Assembly (NCBI GenBank): GCA_010015585.1
Contig: ML975156.1
Length of the DNA: 64,000 bases
Reading direction: 5' to 3' (one strand)
Origin: Eremomyces bilateralis CBS 781.70
Lineage: Eukaryota
Both the position numbers and the translations under genes were made by a program. This document shows, in pieces, positions 25,709 through 36,647 of this stretch. The notes beneath the pieces were generated by a model, which ran no database searches, was not told the origin of the DNA, and saw nothing but the letters and a program-made list of their open reading frames with translations. Numbering within the stretch: position 1 is the stretch's first letter; every line of letters starts with the position of its first letter.

Positions 25709-26890
25709 ATGGCCTTCGGACAATCCACGGTTCCTCTGGGCCCAGTCCGTGCAATCAACAACCACGATGCTCCTCTTCCAGTCCATGCAATCAACCACCA
25801 CGATGCCCCTCTTCCAGATTACAACAGCCTCACTTCGCAGGAACAAGCGGAGTTGAGGGCTTCAGACCGCGACGTCTTCTCGGATGACTATGAAGCTCCA
25901 CCTCCACCCCCCACCTACGCCGATAGCACAGGCAACAGACCATCATATAGCCCTCCGACCAATATTAAAGAGAAGGATCCCTCTTGGTTGGCTCCACCAC
26001 CAGACGATAGCCTCTATGGAGCCCAACCGGCCCCCGCACCAACCGCAACCAGCTCACGATCCCCAGCCCCGAGCATCCGCTCTGTCGTCACCACCGATCC
26101 TGGCACGTTCGTCCCAGGACACGTCCTCAAGGTCTCCTCCCTAGGAATCTCCTTGGTTCGACTTCCCGTCCGGTATTCGGAACTCGAAATCCCCATCCAG
26201 CGGGAAGACGGCAGCTCAGCGTACATGTCCCTTCGGGAGACGAAGGCCACTGGCAACAGCGTCCTCATGCGGAACGACAGCGTCGGCGCCAACGGTCAGA
26301 TTAATGCCCGGCTCGTCGCCACGACCGAATATAACTTCGGCCCGTCCAAGCATCCGGTCATCCGTTGCATGCCGATGGGATCGTCAGGATTTTCTCGTCC
26401 ATCGGCGCCGACCTCCCCAGGGCAGGCCTCGACCGATTGGCAGAACGTGTGGGAACAAGGAAAGGAAGGCGTCGAGGTCCTGGGGACGGGGAAATGGACA
26501 CGAAAGACCTACGGGTTCACTTCACCCGAAGGCGGCGCATTCGAGTGGCGCTACGTCCAGGAGCGGGATGCTTCAGGCCAGCAACAGCTGACCATCGCCC
26601 TCGTCATGCTGCAGAACCGAAGTCAGTATGAAGGGGGGAACGCCAGGAAGGGCAAGGGGCCCGAGGGCGTGACAGTCGCGCAGCTCGTCCGAAACGAAGA
26701 CACTCGGCCCCCCGGCGTCAGCAAGAACAACGCCGGGAATGGAGGAAACCTGGTTTTCCATCGCGACGCGCCCAAGTACATCTCGGAGGAGCTGGTGGTG
26801 GCGACGTGCTTGGTGATGCTGAAGAAAGAGGTCGACCGACGGAGAATGGTGCAGTATATGATGCTTGGTGCCGCCGTGGTTATACTTTAA
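25709..26890 (+). CDS. Conserved fungal hypothetical protein with Pro-rich N-terminus carrying PY motifs and a beta-rich C-terminal domain
   Basis: Long intronless ORF with strong GC3 bias; LPDY and PPPPTY motifs; C-terminal FEWRY..VAQLVRNEDTR..AGNGG.L..ELVVATCLVMLKKEVDRRR. Confidence 0.8.
   Translation: MAFGQSTVPLGPVRAINNHDAPLPVHAINHHDAPLPDYNSLTSQEQAELRASDRDVFSDDYEAPPPPPTYADSTGNRPSYSPPTNIKEKDPSWLAPPPDDSLYGAQPAPAPTATSSRSPAPSIRSVVTTDPGTFVPGHVLKVSSLGISLVRLPVRYSELEIPIQREDGSSAYMSLRETKATGNSVLMRNDSVGANGQINARLVATTEYNFGPSKHPVIRCMPMGSSGFSRPSAPTSPGQASTDWQNVWEQGKEGVEVLGTGKWTRKTYGFTSPEGGAFEWRYVQERDASGQQQLTIALVMLQNRSQYEGGNARKGKGPEGVTVAQLVRNEDTRPPGVSKNNAGNGGNLVFHRDAPKYISEELVVATCLVMLKKEVDRRRMVQYMMLGAAVVIL
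25742..25817 (+). repeat. 36-bp in-frame tandem duplication (PVRAINNHDAPL / PVHAINHHDAPL)
   Basis: ccagtccgtgcaatcaacaaccacgatgctcctctt followed by ccagtccatgcaatcaaccaccacgatgcccctctt. Confidence 0.85.
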
Positions 26891-28666
26891 TAAACTTGCC
26901 ATGCGATTTTCTTGGGCTTTCCGGTGTTTGGGATGAGTTCGGCATCGAATCCCAGGCAGATGCTTGGAGAACCGCCGATATTTCGGAAAAATAGGTATCC
27001 ATATTATCGTTGCGGTCAATAGTGAACGTTTGTATCATACTTAACACTACCGCTCTATAAGTTATGAAACCTCATTCCGAGACTTGTTCGGTGGGCTCAT
27101 TGGCACCGCGCTTGATTGTTGCGAATGTGCTCGGTAGTAGGTACTACCTATAACCTGGTAGGTAGCCTGATTTGTGCACGAGCTGTTGGACCCGCCGTCG
27201 GCGCTGAGGATATCCCTCTTTTGGTGTTGCATTCATGTTCCGGACTCTAACAGGGTTACACGCCGGGTTCTAATTACCGTACCCCCCATCAACCGATCGG
27301 CCTAAAATCTTACTGTTCGAACTCCGAAGGGCGAAGACCCTCGGGTTCACCTGTCGCGAAGGGCATGTTTTTCAAGGTCCTGACTTCCTGAGGAAGCGGG
27401 GATAATATTGCAAGAGCGCATCAATATCATGCTCGATAGTCGTCAATGCGTGCAGCAGGACCATCCCGACTTCTTCTCTGTGGATAAACAATGGGACCCT
27501 GGTACATCCCGAACTGTCGAGAGTCATTTAGCTTTTGTGCTACATCAGAGTTCATACATGTCCAATCCCCTGAACGAGTAGAAGTCTCGTGCTGCCACCT
27601 GCATGTCACCAATGCTAGCTGGTAGGTTTCTTGGGTTGCCTTGTTGCCTGGTGATGGAACTCCGCACTTCACCACCCCTGGGCCCTGAAATCTGAATCCT
27701 GATTTCCTGAATGACGATCATCTCGATTTGTGGCAAGGAGGACGGCAATCCTCACCTATGGCGGCTCGTCGTGCGCCTGGCTGGAGGGTTCATTTCATTC
27801 CGACGTCCCTTTGAAGACTGAATGGCTAGAAACACCACAGCCTTTCCAGTCTCCTGAACAGCTTGACCTGAGCATCTGGCGCCATTCACCCTCCCTCCCG
27901 TCCACTTTGGTGTCCATGTGCGTCGGGCTCAGTTCCCCGTGTTACATTCGCGTGCAAGTTGTGTAGCACTCAGCGCCTGGGACTCCATTTGTGGTTCATA
28001 TCCGGACAGACCACGGGGCCCACTGTTCCCCGCAACTTCCAGCAGAATAATACCAGAAGGGCTCAAGGTCCTGGTTGGGTTGGACTCATTGGAGCCTTTA
28101 CCCCAGACTTTCATCCACGCCAATGGAAGAGCCGATATGAAGCTTTGTCCTTCCTAACCTGACTGAGTCCGACCTCCGTAGACATGGTAGGATCGTGATC
28201 CAGGAAAGCGGCCGCTGGATTCCCCAGAGCTATTATCCACTGTAACTTCGCGTTGCTAGCGCGATGCGGAGTTACATGACTAGGTTTTTCGAGAAGCATG
28301 GAGGTGTGAATATGCTCCTGAATTGCAGGATTGGGTACGACTATAGGCACGGCTGAATTCGATTTTGTGAACCCAGGCAGTGAATCGTGGAATTAACCAG
28401 CCGCCAGGGAATACTGAATGGCGATCAGCGATGGATAGCATCGGCGACTGACCCATGACCAAGAGGCAAGGAAGGTGCATTCGCCATCTGGATAGTCCTC
28501 TTCTGTTATATGCGGCAGGCGACTCCTACTTTCTGGCCGCCTCCTCAGCGTTTCTTCTCGCAGTCAGTCTTCTGTTGGGTCACAACTTCAATGTCTTCCC
28601 TGATTCTCTAAACGTCGAATCTTTCAAATACACCGAATCTGAGTGACACCAATCGGATTCTTCACA

Positions 28667-30721
28667 ATGAAGACATTCTACAATGTCTACGCGATCTGCG
28701 GGTTCGCCGCGATCGGTACGGAGTCCATTTACTTTTCCAGAAGCTTGCTAAATGTTATCATGTAGGCGGTGGACTGTTCGGCTTTGACATCTCGTCGATG
28801 TCTGGCGTCCTCGGGACACAGGCCTACAAGAACTACTTCGACAACCCTGTTTCGTACCGACAAGGAGGCATTACTGCGAGCATGCCAGCCGGGTCGTTCT
28901 TCGGCGCCCTTGCGAGTAGCTTCATAGCTGACAGGTTCTCCCGCCGTGCTGCTATTCAGATTGCGAGTGTGATTTGGATCATCGGTTCCATGTGAGATTC
29001 CCCGACGATCAGTGCGTGATCCTTCCCATGCTGAAACTGCCGCTACAGTCTCCAGGCCGCTTCGAACGGGATCCCTCTTCTATGTGTCGGGAGAGTTATT
29101 TCAGGCGTATCTATCGGTATTTGTTCTACCATCGTACCGGTTTATCAATCGGAGATAGCGCCGAAGAATATTCGGGGCCGTGTCGTCTCCTTTCAGCAGT
29201 GGGCTATCACTTGGTGAGTTGTTACGTGGACAGGAACGGACAAATTACACAGCGGAACCATTTCGAAGTTCTTCTCCATCCTTCTATATTATCAATCTTC
29301 TCTTCCTTTGGCGCAATAACTGACATAGTTCTTCAGGGGTATCTTGATCCAATATTTCATCCAGTATGGGGCTTCTCACGTCGATGGCGGGGCAACAAAC
29401 CCAACTCAGGGAACAGCAGCATTCCGTATCCCTTGGGGAATCCAAGCTGTCCCTGGTGCAATCCTACTAATTGGCTTGTTCTTTTTCCCGCGAAGCCCAC
29501 GTTGGTTGGCATCTAAGGATCGATGGGATGAAGCCCTCCTGGTTCTCGCAAACCTTCATGCGAAGGGCGACATCAACGATCCGAAAGTTCTTGCTGAATA
29601 CAAGGAAATCGAGGAAGCCTTGAGGTTCGAGCGCGAGGAAGCGACCAATAGCTTCCAAGCCCTCGTGCAGCCGCGTATGCTGAAGCGAGTCATACTAGGG
29701 ATGTCCATCCAGATGTGGAGTCAGCTGTATGTTTTGCAATATGTCTTGCAGTTGATAATGCATACTAACATATATTCAGGTCTGGTATGAATATCATGAT
29801 GTATTGTAAGTTTTTCCGAACCTTACATACCGTGTTTCTCTGCTCACCAAAATAGATATTGTGTATATCATGGAAGCCAGTGGCCTCGGCAACCCGCTTC
29901 TCACAGCATCCATCCAGTACATCCTCAATGTGGCACTCACACTCCCTGCAATTCTCTACTTAGACAAATGGGGTCGTCGTCCAGCTCTTCTTCTTGGATC
30001 GTTCGGCATGATGGTTTGGCTCTTCATCTCTGGCTCCGTCCAGGGGGTCTATGGCAAGCCGAACCCTGGGACAGATCCAACGCTCAGTGACATCAGCTGG
30101 GTGCTCGCAGACAATCCAGCTGCCAGCCGAGCAGTCGTTGCGGCCTCTTAGTAAGTCCTCGGGATCCCCTCCGCCCCACCCCCACCCACCCCCTTTTCCC
30201 CAGATAGGTCCAATCCTAACTTTGATCTAGCTTATTCGTCTGTACATTTGCAACCACGTGGGGACCCGTGAGCTGGACATATCCTAGCGAGATCTTTCCC
30301 TCGAAGGTTCGAGCCAAAGCGGTGTCGCTAGCCACCGCATCGAACTGGGCGTGGAATTGCGCTCTCGCTTTTGGCGTCCCACCTCTCCTCTGGAACATCA
30401 ACTGGAAGATGTACATGATATTCGCAGCTTTTAATGGCGCTGCCTTCATCCACATGTTCCTGACTGCCCCCGAGACTAAGGGGAAAACACTCGGTAAGCC
30501 CTTTCGTCCTGGTTTTCGATATCTCGTGGAGATCACGTGACTAATTCAGTCTCGCAGAGGAAATGGACGAAGTCTTCGATTCCGGCAGGCCAGCATGGAG
30601 GAGCGCACCAAAGGAGTCGCGACTAGAGAGACTCCAGAATGAAATCGAGAAGGGCAATGTCAAGGTCACCGTTCCGAGCAAGATCGGTACTACAGAGGTT
30701 GTTGAGGAGAAGACGAACTAG
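28667..30721 (+). CDS. MFS sugar porter, HGT1-like high-affinity glucose transporter; multi-exon
   Basis: GGGLFGFDISSMS, ADRFSRR, PVYQSEIAPKNIRGR, PRSPRWL, QMWSQLSGMNIMMYY, DKWGRR, WTYPSEIFP..RAKA, PETKGKTLEEMD. Confidence 0.93.
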
Positions 30722-31156
30722 GCGGGAAGGCACCCTTCACGTGTCCCGATTCCGATATTCTGCCACTGGCGTCCATGACATGAGGCATACATTATTCGAT
30801 TGCGAAGGGTTCACGAGAGCAAGAGCGCCGGAAGGATTACATTGATGCGAGTCTCTGTCTCATGGCCTATCACTTTTATTCGCTGGAACATGGACATACA
30901 CAGCGTCTATGTATTACCGTAGCACTAGGTAGAGAAGCAGACAGAATTGAATGATAGTTTCCAATAACGAGAGAATCATGCCCGCCCATGCAAATGATCG
31001 GGATATGATCCTACCTGGTGGACTCTATCGTGATGCCCTGAACGCCGTTGTTAATGACCCGTTTGCGCCCAACAACCTGATCCATCCACCAGCTATTTTT
31101 CATGTGTTTATCGTAACTGAGCCGCAGGGTTGCTGTTTGCCCGGAGCCGCCTGTGA

Positions 31157-32053
31157 CTACGAGGAGTCCGTAGTTCCATCACCTAGCAGACGAGCCAATA
31201 TAACATAACCAAACACCACCACCAACCCAATCTTCCACTTATTCCTTGCCACCCATCCTCCACCCACCTGCCCAGCCTGTCGAGCCGCTTGACCTCCCTC
31301 GACCATCGCACCGAGTCCGGACGTACTTGAACCCGGTCTTCGTCTCAGAGCTGCGGCCGTGGAGTTACATGGGCCCGGGCCCGCCGCCGAGGAGCTGACG
31401 ACGTATCCGGTCTTCGGGTCGATTCGCTTCTCTGTCATCCATTTCCAGTTTTGCTCATCCAGCTCCGGAAACTCCTTTCGGAACTTAGCGCCACCATCAC
31501 CAGCCTTGACTGCGCCGATGCCCGCGAGACCATTTCCCCCATTGTTGCTACCCGACCGTGCTGTCGCTTCTTGTTCAGGACTGACACCCGGTATGATGCG
31601 GTTGGACGATCCGCCCCCTGTTGAATTCCACCAGCGCGTCCTTGCGGCGAACAATCGCCTTTCGGCTTCGTTGGCTCTTACACTTCCGGTCGTCATCTCT
31701 TCGCTGGTCATGAAGCTCATCAAGCCCACGAGGATCGTGCTAACCCCCCATGCAGGGTTGAAGCTCTTGGGATGGAAGTCGGAGATGCTGAGACATAATC
31801 GTGTACTTGGCTGGAAGCGGCCACTGGGAGTGTGCATGCGGATGGCCGGAGGAGCGAACGGGTAGTCTGGTGGAAATTGGAGCGTGCCCCAGTATTGACC
31901 GCCCTCGTACGGTGTCTGTGGCGGGCCGGTGAGGATGTAGTGCCATTCGAGAATGTTGGACTCCGAAGGGTGGGCACTAATGTAAGGGACGGGCTGTTTT
32001 ATGATGGCTTGATAGTCCTTCTGGAGTCGTTTTGTTGCCTGAGGAGTAGCCAT
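31157..32053 (-). CDS. UBC6: ER ubiquitin-conjugating enzyme Ubc6 (UBE2J2-like), tail-anchored, intronless
   Basis: NILEWHY, PYEGGQYWG, TPSGRFQPSTRLCLSISDFHP, C-terminal TM KWKIGLVVVFGYVILARL. Confidence 0.95.
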   Translation of the reverse strand: MATPQATKRLQKDYQAIIKQPVPYISAHPSESNILEWHYILTGPPQTPYEGGQYWGTLQFPPDYPFAPPAIRMHTPSGRFQPSTRLCLSISDFHPKSFNPAWGVSTILVGLMSFMTSEEMTTGSVRANEAERRLFAARTRWWNSTGGGSSNRIIPGVSPEQEATARSGSNNGGNGLAGIGAVKAGDGGAKFRKEFPELDEQNWKWMTEKRIDPKTGYVVSSSAAGPGPCNSTAAALRRRPGSSTSGLGAMVEGGQAARQAGQVGGGWVARNKWKIGLVVVFGYVILARLLGDGTTDSS

Positions 32054-32510
32054 GATTGAACGATATGTGTCGTGAACTCGTGGTACGGTGCCGGATGTGT
32101 CGATGGAGGTAAATGGATACAGACAATCAAGCTGATATGACCAAGTGATGGACGGAGAGAAAGATTCAGGGTGTTTCGAAAGAACTGAATGACTGTAGGT
32201 GACTCAATATGTATCCATTCTGATTTCAGAAGTGATATATTCTTGTGGAAGTGAAGAAAGATTGTAGCTGGATTCAGTTGACGATTTGAGGTTTGGGCGA
32301 CATCCCATATCCGCAATTATGATATGATACAGATACAGATACGCTTTTCAGGCACCAACTGTTAGTTCCTTGTTGCCTTACCATCATCAGACCTCCAGAC
32401 TTTACAATTCCGGTATTAATACACAACCAACGGGTTCTATCCGAGGCGCGTATCATCAGCGTTGTCAATTATCGTCTGTGGATAGGTCCCAATACATCTG
32501 GGCCTTTCCA

Positions 32511-34215
32511 ATGGCTTCTCCTCTGGATGAAGATGTAAGATCCTGCTTGCTCCCATTGTATGGTCCCTGGCTAACATTGCGACTACTTTCAGGTCTTCGA
32601 CAGGCTCAAGCATACCGAAGAACAAGCTAAGAAAGCGGAGGAGCTCAACGCTCGCTTGCATTCTCAATATGAGAAAGCACAAGCTCGACAAGCGGAGGTG
32701 GTGAGTATCTAGTTCCTCTGACGTTGGGCACCAATTGATTGTCATAGATTGGAAGCAATACGACCCTCCCGGTTACCATCTCATCCGTCCGCGTCCTGAA
32801 CGCTCAGAATACTCGAAAAGGGTTCCTCCACGGCGTGTTCCGACCATTTCTAGAGGCGAATAAGAAGGAGTACTATACTCTGTCAGATGCCCTGGAGGAT
32901 ATCGGGATCGCACATCATAGACTTCGCAAATTCGGTATGAGAGCGAATCGCAATTAGTATTTGGGCCAACGCTGAGATCAAAACTCCAGACATTTTCCGA
33001 GACCCGATTTCCGTATACATCGACCGACCAGACCCCACGGATCCTTCAACGACACCGACCGACATCGACGTGTATTTCTCCGTCAAGGAACGGTCCCGGT
33101 ATACAATCAAGACCGGCACTGAAGTTGGCCATGCCGATGGCTCTGGCTACGCCTCAGCGAATCTCCGCAACCTATTCGGTGGTGCGGAAACGTTGACTGC
33201 CAACGCCTCGGTTGGCATCCGAACTCGCTCAGCTTACTCCGCCGCTTTCGAGACCCCGATCCTATCGAACCCCGACTTCAGCTGGGAAGTTGCTGGTCTT
33301 GCCAGTTCGACATTGAAGAGCTGGGCGAGCCATGAGGAGGCTTTGAAGGGTGGTTTCACGAAACTCAAATGGCAGACGTTAAGCGGCGCTCATAAACATG
33401 AGTTTGGCTACTCCGGTTTGTGGCGCCAGATTACATCGCTTGCATCCAACGCATCCCCAACAGTGCGTGCAGATGCAGGTGATTCCTTCAAATCCGCACT
33501 CACTCATACATGGACCCATGATCTCCGTGACTCCAGGACTCTACCATCCAGGGGCTATCTTGTCAAGACGGTCAGTGAGTTGGCCGGTTTGGGTCCGCTT
33601 CGAGGCGACGTTGCTTTTGCAAAGCTCGAGGGTGAAACGCAGGCCGCTATTCCTATTCCGATCCCTGGCATCAAAGGCGATTCAGGGGTGTCTCTCACCG
33701 CTGGTTTCCGTGGCGGTGTTCTCTATCCCTTGGCACTGGGCGGCAGCGGAAACAACCTGCCAGTGCACTCCCGACTCTCCGACCGATTTCAACTGGGCGG
33801 TCCCACTGATGTTCGCGGGTTCCGGTTAGGTGGCCTAGGGCCGCGCGATGGCCCTGATGCGGTTGGCGGAGATGTGTATGCTGCCGCCGGGGCAAGTTTG
33901 CTGGTCCCTTTCCCGCGAGCCGGTCCGGAGACACCTTTGCGATTCCAAGCCTTCGTGAACGCAGGACGGCTGCTCGCATTGAGGAAATCGAAGGGAGGTG
34001 AATCATCGATGGATAATGCTGCTGTTGCAGAGAGTGTCAAGCAAACAATTCGAGAGTTGGCGGACGGGTTGCCGAGCTGCTCGGCTGGTGTGGGGATTGT
34101 GTATGCGCATCCGGTGGCGCGATTTGAGTTGAATTTTAGTCTACCATTGGTGGCGAGGAAAGGGGAAGATGCAAGGAAGGGCATTAGTTTTGGAGTAGGG
34201 ATGGAGTTCCTATGA
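32511..34215 (+). CDS. SAM50: Mitochondrial outer-membrane beta-barrel assembly protein Sam50/Tob55; 4 exons
   Basis: MASPLDED start, POTRA region, RNLFGGAE, DRFQLGGPTDVRGF, ARFELNFSLP, terminal FGVGMEFL. Confidence 0.95.
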
Positions 34216-34879
34216 ACCGGGACGACAACAGAGCAATTGTACAGTAGCGAGATAGATCTGGAATACCCGCTTTGTCGGACTTGAACCTGCTCTCCCCATT
34301 GATGTGACCATCTCATTACGGATGTCTGCGGCCCATCAGGTAGTGCTCAACTTACCGCACCATACTCGTATGCATAGACGTTTCGAAACATTGAGGAGTG
34401 CAGCCTTGTCCTTCGAATCTCCGCCACGAGTGCCCCGACACAATTGCGGCTAACAATCAGGCGGTAGCACTGATGCCTTGCCGGCCGTCCCTATCGTTAA
34501 CATTGCCATATTGCATAGTAGATATATTCTTGAAGCTTATTTATTATATATCCATAGTCTTAGTAGAATAGCTGAGTATAGTATCAACATGCATGTATTC
34601 CATTTTCTGAGAGCTCATATATGCAATCAGCGGTCCGCGTGGAGTATATGAATACGAAACAACCCCATGTCGCCCTCAACTGCGGACTCTAATTAATTTG
34701 ATTGGCACCAATGTCGTGTTCTGGACCTCATCTCGTTGTTCGCGAACACCCAGATTAGACTTTAACCAGATGAGCTAGATTTGAACCGTACATATGTTCC
34801 GCCGATCCCCGCGGCGATTTTGCCATGGCCCTGTTCACGTTTACCCAGAAGGCGCTGAGCATATCGCTCGAAGGAAAAG

Positions 34880-36576
34880 ATGGCGAAGATTGGATTGACA
34901 GTCGCATTGTGTGTCTTGACAGGCACTGCGCTTGTAAATGGCCAAGCTAAGAATGTGAGGAAGAATTTTCCATTGCATCCAGCACCTGCGGGCGTCAGCC
35001 AGCCAGACACTGATTTGAGCAGTATGAAGGAATGCCAGGATGGCCAAGCGGCGAGAAATGGCAAGCATTGAACCAGTCCGTGGACGGGCGATTGTCCAAC
35101 TGCCTCCCTGCGGTATGCGGCTCGGCAACTCCTGGAGTCTATGCCATTGTCGCCCAAAGCGCACAGGACGTGAGCGCAGGAGTGAAGTTCGCGACGGAGA
35201 ACAATCTTCGTGTAACAGTCATGGGGACTGGTCACGACTTCCTCAACCGGTGGGTTCAACTCCAAACGTTAAGAGAGCGCCGCTGATCGGTTTAGAAATC
35301 AAGGACAAGGGTCGCTCGTCATCAACACGCGAAGCTTTAGAGGCGTTCAAGTCGTCCGTGACTACGTGCCGCAAGGCGCACCAAATGGCACGCAACCTCA
35401 GCCGGCAGTCGTCATCAAGGCTGGTCACACGTTTATCGAGATCAGCCCGGAGATCGAAGAGGCTGGCTTCATGATGGTCGAAGCTGCAGACCCTGTAGGT
35501 GCTTAGGATCTTGTACTCTGAAGAAGCTGACCATAGGACAGACTGTTGGAGCTGCGGGCGGTTGGGTACAGGGAGGCGGTCATGGACCCCTGGCTAACCA
35601 GTACGGGCTCGGCTGCGACAATGCCATCAGCTTCGAGGTTGTTCTTCCTAGCGGAGAGATCGTCACGGCGAATGATTTCGAGAATCCGGACCTCTTCTAC
35701 GCCCTCCGTGGAGGAGGTGCTACCACGTACGGAGTAGTAACCCAGGTCACTTCGCGTCTCCATCCACTCGCAACCACGAATGCCATTCTGGTGGATATTA
35801 CCGGGCCGCAGGAACAATTTTTCGATGCTATGGCGTATCTTTACGCCCTGAGCCCAAACATGACCGATTTTGGGTTCACGGGGTATCCAACACAAGTCGG
35901 TAACACGTATAGCGGCTTCTTCGGTGCTCCGGGGAAAACGGACCAGCAGACCTCCGATTTCTTCGACCCGATTGCAGCCCATATTCGCCAACTCGGCGTG
36001 AACGTCACAACGGTTTTGCAGTCGCGGAGACGAATGAAACGCGAAGGAGCTGATACGGCCGGCGCGTCCAAGAAGCTCCATCGCCGCCAGGCGGGTCAGA
36101 AGGGACGTATGTCATCGCGCCTGATTGCGCGGACCTCGTTCTCGGAACAGAATGTTCCGGCCATTCGTAAAATGATCGTAGACGCGACGAGAAACGGAAA
36201 TTCGAGTTACTCGTTGCTGCCTTACCCTATCCTCGGTGGACAGGTCGCAAAGAATAAGGATCTGGAGGTTGGGGTCAATCCCGCCTGGCGTGATGCCTCG
36301 ATGCATCTCATCGCTCTGGGCTTGACCACGCACGAGGATAAACTAATCAACATTGCGGCAATGGATCCCCTCAGCGTAAATTCCGGATCCTATTGGAATG
36401 AGGGATATCCAGGGGAGCTTGATTGGAAGAAAACGTTCTTCGGTGGGGGAGAACATTATGAGAAGCTGTTGGCCTTGAAGAAAAAGTTCGATCCAACAAA
36501 CTCTCTCTGGTGTCAGATATGTGTTGGAGCGGATTTGTTGGTCTTGAAAGAAGACGGGAAGCTCTATCCAGCCTAG
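34880..36576 (+). CDS. Secreted FAD-linked oxidoreductase (FAD_binding_4 + BBE); introns 34955-35022, 35250-35295, 35495-35541
   Basis: Signal peptide; WP..W..LN.SVDGRL, RVTVMGTGHD (covalent-FAD His), VGAAGGW.QGGGHG, DLFYALRGGG, NPAWR, GSYWNE, YEKLLALKKKFDP. Confidence 0.9.
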
Positions 36577-36647
36577 ATCTTAGTCCATAGACGTCTCAAC
36601 TATAACCAATCGATGGGATATTCGTATTTATCTCGTGATGCAATCTT

